Positions 19,706 through 25,821 of a stretch of 27,190 nucleotides of DNA are shown here, one piece after another; the first letter of the stretch is position 1, and each line of letters starts with the position of its first letter. Source of the DNA: a virus (Duplodnaviria; Caudoviricetes); IMG/VR virus record IMGVR_UViG_3300020045_005998, positions 1-27,190 of that record; one strand, 5' to 3'. The notes below the pieces were generated by a model, which saw only the letters and a program-made list of their open reading frames with translations, did no database searches and was not told the DNA's origin. The translations under genes were made by a program, and so were the position numbers.

Positions 19706-19886
19706 CAGTCATCTCCTTTGTTAAACTCCCTACCTTTAAAAATGTCTATCAGAGATCCACCATTATTAACGTGGTCAGCAAGCGACTTTCCATCTTTCTC
19801 ACTGAATTTTATAGTGAAATTTTTTCCTTTTCTTGTCACCTTTGTTTTTTGCTGTCTCTTTTCCATCAGTCGTCTCCTTTGTTGAA
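19701..19886. repeat. 25-bp direct repeat flanking the 53-aa gene
   Basis: 19701-19725 TCCATCAGTCATCTCCTTTGTTAAA vs 19862-19886 TCCATCAGTCGTCTCCTTTGTTGAA (23/25 identical). Confidence 0.9.
19705..19866 (-). CDS. small basic hypothetical protein (53 aa), absent from the ORF track
   Basis: MEKRQQKTKVTRKGKNFTIKFSEKDGKSLADHVNNGGSLIDIFKGREFNKGDD*. TGATG coupling at both ends and AAAGGAG RBS; it fills the gap exactly. Confidence 0.75.
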   Translation of the reverse strand: MEKRQQKTKVTRKGKNFTIKFSEKDGKSLADHVNNGGSLIDIFKGREFNKGDD

Positions 19887-21275
19887 GTAGTCGAGGCAGT
19901 TATAACCAGCCGATGCATCATAATCGTCTTCGTCCGTCAGTCTGTTCAGTTCGTCACGGAGCTTGCCGTAGTGTCCCACGTTCGTAGGCTTTATATTATC
20001 GTCATCTTCCTCTGCGAAGGTGAGTTTCACTGCGTCGAGGAGATTGGGAGAAGGAACTCCTCTCGACTTCATTGCTTTCTTGCTTTCCTGCTTCACCTTG
20101 TTGTCCATCCCATCATACTCGACCATCGGAGTTGACATCTCCCGTATCAACTTTTCGTCCTGCGGGACGTAGGGCCGGGGAACTTGCATCAGCCACTTCT
20201 TCAAACGGCCCATCATAAGGCTTGTCATGTTGGAATAAAGGTTGTCTGGGGAGGTTCCCCCAAAGTCGATCGGTATTACGATCTCCTTGTACCGTGAATC
20301 TATCTGCCAGAGCCTTGAATACACACCTTCTCCCCTTCCAGCGTCGATAAATATGAGGTCTGGGCGAAATTCCCGCGCCTCACGGTCGATAATCGAGGCA
20401 AAAGTCATATTATCCCGACCTTTGTAGGCCTGAACCGGGTGTAAGAGCCTTCCTTGCCTCTTGGCTATGGCCGCATCGTCACCATTCACTGCAAAAGCCA
20501 CATCAACACCCATAATTTTCTGCATGTGACTGACTTCATCGGGTGTTACATGCATCTGAGTGCAGGGTTTTATCAGTTCCAGAGGTATAAAGGTATCTTC
20601 TGTCGAGGCCAACCAATCATTATAGAACTCTTGCTTGATTAACGACTCCGGCATCCCGGCCAATCGTTCCTCTTCTATGGCTTCTAAGGTCGGTATTCCG
20701 GTGTCGTCCCTTGTCAGCAATTCATAAAACCACAAGGGGTTTTTCTGAGCCATCTGGGCCATGGTGTAGGCGTGATTCATTCCTCTCACAGTACAGTTAA
20801 AAACAGCCCAACCATTATTTTCAGCAAGTACGGGTCTTAGGATGTCCCAAGAGTACACCTTGCACAAAGACCATTCTGTATAGAGCAGTCCTACCGGGTT
20901 CCCACCAACCAAGGAGTCGGGCTTGTCAGCCCCGCCGAATCGTAGAATTGATCCGTTGATGAACTCGACAGACATTTTGGTTTCGTAGGTTTGCTTTATT
21001 ACCTGAGGAGGGATGTAGTCAAGGAACCGTCGGCCTTCTTTGTCCATGCCTTCCCATAAAGCTTTCCTGCATTGATCATAATAGGGTGCCACATAAAGGT
21101 ACAACCCTACTCTTTGCAGTGCTTTAGCGATAATGGCGTTCAGGCATATAAGGTCCTTCCCGTTGCGTCGAGGCCAAATTATGAATGATCTCGATATGTT
21201 ATCAATGACGAACGCTTTCCAAAAATTCTGCTGGTAAGGGCGCAGTGTTAAATTGTAAGGTAGAGTGATGTTCAT
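19866..21275 (-). CDS. terL: terminase large subunit
   Basis: Adenine-binding LRPYQ, Walker A WPRRNGKD, Walker B-like LLYTEW, coupling motif FNCTVRG, and RNase H-like nuclease motifs MGVDVA / DD / IFIDAG / SPNLLDA. Confidence 0.93.
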   Translation of the reverse strand: MNITLPYNLTLRPYQQNFWKAFVIDNISRSFIIWPRRNGKDLICLNAIIAKALQRVGLYLYVAPYYDQCRKALWEGMDKEGRRFLDYIPPQVIKQTYETKMSVEFINGSILRFGGADKPDSLVGGNPVGLLYTEWSLCKVYSWDILRPVLAENNGWAVFNCTVRGMNHAYTMAQMAQKNPLWFYELLTRDDTGIPTLEAIEEERLAGMPESLIKQEFYNDWLASTEDTFIPLELIKPCTQMHVTPDEVSHMQKIMGVDVAFAVNGDDAAIAKRQGRLLHPVQAYKGRDNMTFASIIDREAREFRPDLIFIDAGRGEGVYSRLWQIDSRYKEIVIPIDFGGTSPDNLYSNMTSLMMGRLKKWLMQVPRPYVPQDEKLIREMSTPMVEYDGMDNKVKQESKKAMKSRGVPSPNLLDAVKLTFAEEDDDNIKPTNVGHYGKLRDELNRLTDEDDYDASAGYNCLDYFNKGDD

Positions 21276-21890
21276 TTAAAGATACTCCAATTCATCAAAA
21301 TTTAAACATGCAAATTCCCCGTAATTCATCAAGGCAAACCGATCATAAGCTCTGGCGGCCTCTTCTGGAGTCGAGAACCTACCTATATTTATCCTCTTCT
21401 TGTCGAGCACACCTTGCGCCTTCCATCTCTTGCTTTCTTTCTCAAAATAAACACCTTTAAACCCCGAGGTACTGTCCTGTCTTGTTGACGCATTATACTG
21501 ATTCTGCTGTTTAGTTGTTTCCCTCAGATTAACTATCCGATTATCACTTCTATTACGATTTATGTGATCCAGTTCTCCTTTCGGCCACACCCCATGCGTA
21601 TAGAACCAAGCCAACCTGTGTGCCTGAAATACCCTACAATCTACTCCGATGCAGATATACCCATGAATTACCGTCCCTGCTGTACTCCCTACCTTTCGAC
21701 CTCCACGCACCGTCGTCCTCTTAAAATCCCCCGTTTCTGGGTCATAAGTCAGCAACTCCTTCAACCTTTCCAACGTCAACGGCTTTTCTTTTCTTCCGTT
21801 GCGGCCTATTCTTGTCGTACCACTTCCTACAGTAGCAACTCGGGCATTTGTTGGGGAGCTTATCTGTTCGTTGATACCAGTCATAACCAC
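21276..21890 (-). CDS. HNH homing endonuclease with C-terminal AP2 domain (true start uncertain)
   Basis: AHRLAW, DHINRNRSDNRIVNLRE (HNH_3-type) and SGFKGV...RWKA...GRFSTPEEAARAYD (AP2). Family-like sequence begins only at LTLERLKELLTYDPETG (TTG at 21779). The first 37 codons of the track ORF are the off-frame reading of a zinc-ribbon gene. Confidence 0.88.
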   Translation of the reverse strand: MVMTGINEQISSPTNARVATVGSGTTRIGRNGRKEKPLTLERLKELLTYDPETGDFKRTTVRGGRKVGSTAGTVIHGYICIGVDCRVFQAHRLAWFYTHGVWPKGELDHINRNRSDNRIVNLRETTKQQNQYNASTRQDSTSGFKGVYFEKESKRWKAQGVLDKKRINIGRFSTPEEAARAYDRFALMNYGEFACLNFDELEYL

Positions 21891-21912
21891 AATCCTCGCA
21901 ATGAAGTTTCAT
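21742..21912 (-). CDS. zinc-ribbon protein A (56 aa), absent from the ORF track
   Basis: AGGAGGT-aatt-ATG start. MKLHCEDCGYDWYQRTDKLPNKCPSCYCRKWYDKNRPQRKKRKAVDVGKVEGVADL*. Clear paralogue of 23148-23387. Confidence 0.85.
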   Translation of the reverse strand: MKLHCEDCGYDWYQRTDKLPNKCPSCYCRKWYDKNRPQRKKRKAVDVGKVEGVADL

Positions 21913-21934
21913 AATTACCTCCTAATTTACAAGG

Positions 21935-21963
21935 ATAGTACATTGGAATGGACTTATTGTCAA
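21935..21963 (-). promoter_or_regulatory. sigma70-type promoter for zinc-ribbon A/HNH
   Basis: TTGACA-17 nt (ataagtccattccaatg)-TACTAT, about 20 nt upstream of the start codon. Confidence 0.8.
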
Positions 21964-21971
21964 CAACTTTC

Positions 21972-22346
21972 TCACAGATCCTCCAAATCGTCGTGGTCTT
22001 CTTCTCCAAAAAATATCGTATCCGCAATCGCCCCTTTCAACCAGCCCATCAGGTAAGCAACCAACTCTTCATCTCTCTGCATCCCCCTCTGGTCACAAAT
22101 TCCGAACGCGACATGCACCAACTCGTGAAACACCGTGGAAGCAGTCTCTTTTGGATCTCTGACCCACACGTAAATGTTACTATCACCGCCCTTAATAATG
22201 CAACACCCCAGCCCATCTATGAACTCAACCACCGTTCGCAGTCCTTCCAGGTCATAGACGGCGGCATTGGCTTCATTTACGTCACAATCGTGGACGACGA
22301 CAATATCGTTTTCAAATATCGGCACCCGGACGGTGAATATCTTCAT
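21972..22346 (-). CDS. HExxH-motif (zincin-like) hypothetical protein
   Basis: TVFHELVHV followed by DEELVAYL; ATGA-coupled to terS with a GGAGG RBS. Confidence 0.65.
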   Translation of the reverse strand: MKIFTVRVPIFENDIVVVHDCDVNEANAAVYDLEGLRTVVEFIDGLGCCIIKGGDSNIYVWVRDPKETASTVFHELVHVAFGICDQRGMQRDEELVAYLMGWLKGAIADTIFFGEEDHDDLEDL

Positions 22347-22363
22347 AGATCCTCCAAATCGTC
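21972..22363. repeat. 21-bp direct repeat flanking the HExxH gene
   Basis: 21972-21992 TCACAGATCCTCCAAATCGTC vs 22343-22363 TCATAGATCCTCCAAATCGTC (20/21). A weaker copy lies at 21276-21296 (16/21). Confidence 0.9.
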
Positions 22364-22933
22364 TATAATGCCCGCCTGTGCGTCGTAAGTAATGGTGAAG
22401 GTGTCAGTAGCCTCTACATCCTGATCGATGACTTGTGAGGCGCTGAGGGCTTCTACGAGTGGTAAAGGGGCGCTTATCCCAAGAATGTTTATATTGAGCT
22501 GATTATCTTTCGCATTAAGAGTTTCCTGTAGTATTTTTTCACTTCTCCCAAAGTACGCACTCAGGAGGAACTTCAGGAACGCATGTGGTATCGTCTCCCT
22601 GAGACCGTTGTTGATATAGTAGTCCTCTATGTGCGTCCGTGCGACGTGGAGAACGTCCAGGCTTTCCTCCGGGTAAGCTGACGGGTCATCTTCCGCCACC
22701 TGCATTATGTGCAACAGTGCGTCGAAGGATCGTAGCCCAAGCGCCATGGCGAGGCCTGGGGGTGTCGGGTGCCTTCGATCTTCCGGGTCAGCCGTCAGCA
22801 TAGAGAAATAGTCCACGACCTTCATTCTCAGCTGGTTGGGGTCGGCCATGACCCGAGATGGGGGGTAGGCCCGTGGTAGCTTAACGAGGGTTGGGAGGTT
22901 TGTTGTAGCTTCGTTGTCTGTTTGTGTGTTCAT
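22343..22933 (-). CDS. terS: terminase small subunit (P22 gp3-like DNA-packaging protein)
   Basis: The pattern 'PNQLRMKVVDYF...PTPPGLAMALG...ARTHIEDYY...FLLSAYFGRSEK' fits the gp3-type TerS family; upstream of terL. Confidence 0.72.
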   Translation of the reverse strand: MNTQTDNEATTNLPTLVKLPRAYPPSRVMADPNQLRMKVVDYFSMLTADPEDRRHPTPPGLAMALGLRSFDALLHIMQVAEDDPSAYPEESLDVLHVARTHIEDYYINNGLRETIPHAFLKFLLSAYFGRSEKILQETLNAKDNQLNINILGISAPLPLVEALSASQVIDQDVEATDTFTITYDAQAGIIDDLEDL

Positions 22934-22945
22934 GGATATAGGGTA

Positions 22946-23326
22946 TCACAACTCGTCAAGTTCGTCAATGTCCGTTGGTGTTAAGTGGGTTTGTGGGGTT
23001 CGGCTTTTTGACTTGTGGTAGTTCTCATATACCTCTTTGAACTCGAACGCCCATCCTTTTAAACTGACGCACTTAACTCCTCTACCATTTACAAAAGTAT
23101 ATACCTTCGGTAGTCCGGGTTTAGAACAGAAGACCATACTGCGGCTGTCATAAGTCATCCAAGTCCGTAATAGTTCTGTAGTCAGGTGCTTGTGCCTCAG
23201 TTGTCCCTTTGGGAAAAGGTTGAGGAATTTGGCTTGTACCTTCTCTTCCCGGCGCAGTGCGTTTCGGAGTTCTGTTCGGGTCGTTCCATTTCTTACATCG
23301 GCATTTTGGGCAGCTTGCGGGATCAT
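22946..23326 (-). CDS. degenerate HNH-N-terminus-like protein overlapping zinc-ribbon B (start uncertain)
   Basis: LTTELLRTWMTYDSRSMVF aligns with LTLERLKELLTYDPETGDF of the HNH. It has no HNH catalytic motif or AP2 domain. Confidence 0.5.
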   Translation of the reverse strand: MIPQAAQNADVRNGTTRTELRNALRREEKVQAKFLNLFPKGQLRHKHLTTELLRTWMTYDSRSMVFCSKPGLPKVYTFVNGRGVKCVSLKGWAFEFKEVYENYHKSKSRTPQTHLTPTDIDELDEL

Positions 23327-23387
23327 CTTCTTTCCTCTTTATCCATGTGTGGTTGCAGTATCTACAGGTGAGCTTCGGTATAGTCAT
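23148..23387 (-). CDS. zinc-ribbon protein B (79 aa)
   Basis: CRYCNHTW...PASCPKCRCKKWND, with an AAGGAG RBS and a promoter directly upstream. Confidence 0.8.
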   Translation of the reverse strand: MTIPKLTCRYCNHTWIKRKEDDPASCPKCRCKKWNDPNRTPKRTAPGREGTSQIPQPFPKGTTEAQAPDYRTITDLDDL

Positions 23388-23411
23388 TGTTATAATCTCC
23401 TTATGCTTCCT

Positions 23412-23440
23412 GTTGTACTCTACGAAGTAGAGTGTGTCAA
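23412..23440 (-). promoter_or_regulatory. sigma70-type leftward promoter with palindromic spacer
   Basis: TTGACA-17 nt-TACAAC with an A-rich UP-like tract. The spacer holds ACTCTAC-TTC-GTAGAGT (23417-23433). Confidence 0.75.
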
Positions 23441-23510
23441 TGTTTATTTTTTGGTATCTGATGTGAGGGTGTAATTTTTTATGGTGCGGGTTGTAGCCAG
23501 GATGAGTGTT

Positions 23511-23631
23511 GAGTTAATTAACGTAGGATGTTGAAATCGTGCTAGTGTGTGAGTTAATTAACGTAGGATGTGGGAATGGTGCGATGTTGTAGTTAATTAA
23601 CATAGGATGTGGGAATGGTGCTAGTGTGTGA
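23511..23631. repeat. 3 x ~40-bp tandem repeat with palindromic core GTTAATTAAC
   Basis: Units start at 23511, 23551 and 23590; consensus GAGTTAATTAACGTAGGATGTGGGAATGGTGCTAGTGTGT. Confidence 0.9.
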
Positions 23632-23763
23632 ATCGACCTTTCGGGCGCCTCCGAACTTTCCAAATTCCCCCCCGGCACCCGTCTCAGCCTGGGATCATAG
23701 AAAGTTAGTTAATTGTTGCAGGCTAGGCGTGAGAATTAATTAATTAATTACCACATTTATAAC

Positions 23764-23836
23764 GTTAAGATTAGTTAAAGTGACACAATGCAGTACATTT
23801 TCATGTTAAGATTAGTTAAATTGCCACATTGTAGTA
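23764..23836. repeat. 2 x 41-bp-period direct repeat
   Basis: GTTAAGATTAGTTAAAGTGACACAATGCAGTA (23764) vs GTTAAGATTAGTTAAATTGCCACATTGTAGTA (23805). Confidence 0.85.
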
Positions 23837-23876
23837 TAAAAAATCAATTAATCCTTCCATTTTTGTTGATAGTTGA

Positions 23877-24093
23877 GAGGGTATCAATTTTCGGTGAACA
23901 CTCTTTCTTCAATAAATTGAGAAGGTTAAGGACTTTAAGAAAAAAATGCGACCTTCTATCTATTTTATATTTACATTTTTCTATAATTTTTTTTTTGTGA
24001 AATTTTTCGCTAAAAAGCCTTACCATTCTCAATTCATTACACTTTTTCACTATCCACCAGGGTATCAACCAAGGTGGTGAGGGTATCAATTTT
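23877..24093. repeat. dispersed AGGGTATCAA motif (3 copies)
   Basis: GAGGGTATCAATTTT at 23877-23891 and 24079-24093; AGGGTATCAA at 24059-24068. Confidence 0.75.
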
Positions 24094-24189
24094 GCCAATT
24101 TTCGTAACATTTTCATAAAATTTCGTGTTATCCTGACAAACGTCGAATCACTGAACAATGAAGGAAATGCGATAATTGTTAATTAATGG

Positions 24190-24217
24190 TTGCAATCCTG
24201 ATCAGGTGATGTATAGT
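24190..24217 (+). promoter_or_regulatory. putative sigma70-type rightward (early) promoter
   Basis: TTGCAA-16 nt-TATAGT. The spacer contains the palindrome CCTGATCAGG; upstream sequence is AT-rich. Confidence 0.55.
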
Positions 24218-24272
24218 TTGATTAACAGTAAACAATGTTTATTAATTAATTCTACCTTGGAGATTGAAAACC

Positions 24273-24449
24273 ATGAAAACGCCCACCACTAAAAAGTCCT
24301 CATTTAACCGTATCCCTCAAAAGAATTTGAGTATCCGTGACTGGAAGGAAATCAATCGCATTATGAACGAGCTGAAACTGGAAGATACCGCCAGTCTGGT
24401 TACTCTTATTGAAGGTCAAAGACAACAAAGAAACATTTTCTTTGATTAA
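24273..24449 (+). CDS. hypothetical protein (first early-type gene)
   Basis: GGAG lies upstream; ATG 24273 is preferred over TTG 24264 on RBS spacing. Confidence 0.55.
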   Translation: MKTPTTKKSSFNRIPQKNLSIRDWKEINRIMNELKLEDTASLVTLIEGQRQQRNIFFD

Positions 24450-24484
24450 TCGCTTAACAACAACTTAACAGGGAGAAAATTATC

Positions 24485-25144
24485 ATGGAAAGCATACTGA
24501 CAAAGAATCAAACAAAGACTATGTCAAAGGTAATCGGTAATGAGCGGCTATCCGTCGTTATCCGTTACGACGATGAATGCAACAATGGCCATAATTCTTT
24601 TGCGATTACGGCAACGTTATCGGAAAAAATACCCTACAAAACAAAATATACTACCTGGCGTAAAGTATCATGGGGTTGCCAACACGACGAAGTTAAGCGG
24701 TTCTTTCCTGAACTCGAACCATACCTCAAATGGCATTTGTGTAGTTCCGACGGTCCTATGCACTATACAGCTAACACCTTGTATTTTGCTAGCGACAAGG
24801 ATTATAATGGATTGAGGAAAGGGGAAAAGCGACAAATAATAAACGGCCGCACCAAATTACCGTCTTGGATACTGGCAACGATAGACGAAAACGGCGAAGA
24901 AGTTAAGCCGGATCGGTACCTTGACAGCGAAACAGAACCGACTATCACCTATACAACTAAGTATATCCCTTGGTGCAGAATAGGCGAAGGAAAAGAGCCG
25001 GAGCTCGAATTAGCCCGTTCTTCCGCTATTTGGCCGGATGCAACAATAGAACAATTGCAAGATAAAGATCTTCTCCTTGCCCGTTTACCAAAACTCCTAC
25101 AGGAGTTTAAAGAAGCTGTAGAAAGCCTGGGTTTTGTTTATTAA
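24485..25144 (+). CDS. hypothetical phage protein (219 aa, Cys/His motifs)
   Basis: GGGAG RBS; motifs YDDECNNGHNSF, GCQHDE and KWHLCSSDGPMHY. Function unknown. Confidence 0.8.
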   Translation: MESILTKNQTKTMSKVIGNERLSVVIRYDDECNNGHNSFAITATLSEKIPYKTKYTTWRKVSWGCQHDEVKRFFPELEPYLKWHLCSSDGPMHYTANTLYFASDKDYNGLRKGEKRQIINGRTKLPSWILATIDENGEEVKPDRYLDSETEPTITYTTKYIPWCRIGEGKEPELELARSSAIWPDATIEQLQDKDLLLARLPKLLQEFKEAVESLGFVY

Positions 25145-25204
25145 GTAGCTTATAAAGCGCAACAATTAACAATCCAATTGTTGCGCTTTGTTGGTTGTAC
25201 TTAA
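25141..25204 (+). other. long intergenic stem-loop (terminator or RNA processing site)
   Basis: Perfect 14-bp stem AAAGCGCAACAATT / AATTGTTGCGCTTT (25154-25189), extended by an outer TTAAGTA / TACTTAA stem. Confidence 0.75.
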
Positions 25205-25247
25205 CAAAGAAGCGAAAGGCAGAATATCAAACTAATGAGGTGAAAAG

Positions 25248-25514
25248 ATGAAAATTTTATCAATTGATGCATGGGGAAACAAAGAAGACGGATACGACTG
25301 GAATCAATGGTTCCATGTGGGCAACATAGGCAAAGCAGTCTTCGAAGCATTGAAAACAGACAAGCAAATCGCTCAATACTTCTTTGTCAATGGCTATACC
25401 ACTAATTCCGATATGCGCCGGATTACCGTCTATGATGATCAGCATAGTATCGTCCTGTGTGAGAAGAAAACAGGCCAACCATTGTTCGCCATTGAATACG
25501 GACCGGAATATTAA
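25248..25514 (+). CDS. hypothetical protein (88 aa)
   Basis: GAGGTG RBS; co-oriented in the early cluster. Confidence 0.8.
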   Translation: MKILSIDAWGNKEDGYDWNQWFHVGNIGKAVFEALKTDKQIAQYFFVNGYTTNSDMRRITVYDDQHSIVLCEKKTGQPLFAIEYGPEY

Positions 25515-25547
25515 GCAATTAACAATCAAAAACTGGAGAAAACGATA

Positions 25548-25820
25548 ATGAAAACCCATAAGTATATAATTAATCAGGTAAAACACGCTATACGTAATCC
25601 ATATGCCTGGCCGGGTGGGTATCCAGTATATACCCTTATGTCCGATGGTGAAATGCTATGCTCTACTTGCGCTCGTGATAACTTTCGACTGATAGTGCAG
25701 GCAACAAAGGATAACTGGCGGGACGGTTGGCAAGCAGAAGCTACAATGATAAACTGGGAAGATAACGACGCCTATTGTTGTCATTGCAACAAAAAATTAG
25801 AATCAGCCTATGGTGAATAA
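25548..25820 (+). CDS. hypothetical protein with CxxC...CxHC zinc ligands (90 aa)
   Basis: GGAG RBS; YAWPGGYP, LCSTCA and YCCHCNKKLESAYGE. Confidence 0.8.
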   Translation: MKTHKYIINQVKHAIRNPYAWPGGYPVYTLMSDGEMLCSTCARDNFRLIVQATKDNWRDGWQAEATMINWEDNDAYCCHCNKKLESAYGE

Positions 25821-25821
25821 C

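Noticed and set aside
20870-20895. Non-canonical TerL Walker B (LLYTEW) as a sign of inactivation
   Set aside because: The catalytic Glu is retained, and S/T-E variants occur in this terminase group.
19866-21890. Group I intron or intein associated with the HNH in terL
   Set aside because: TerL is continuous and of normal length, and the HNH is free-standing upstream.
23511-23631. CRISPR-like array (20-bp repeat with 20-bp intervals)
   Set aside because: The intervals are near-copies of each other, so this is a tandem repeat. The units are too short and no cas genes are present.
23788-24158. ORFs 23788-24000 (+) and 23844-24158 (-)
   Set aside because: They run through AT-rich repeats and homopolymer tracts, have biased K/F/I/L composition and lack a convincing RBS.
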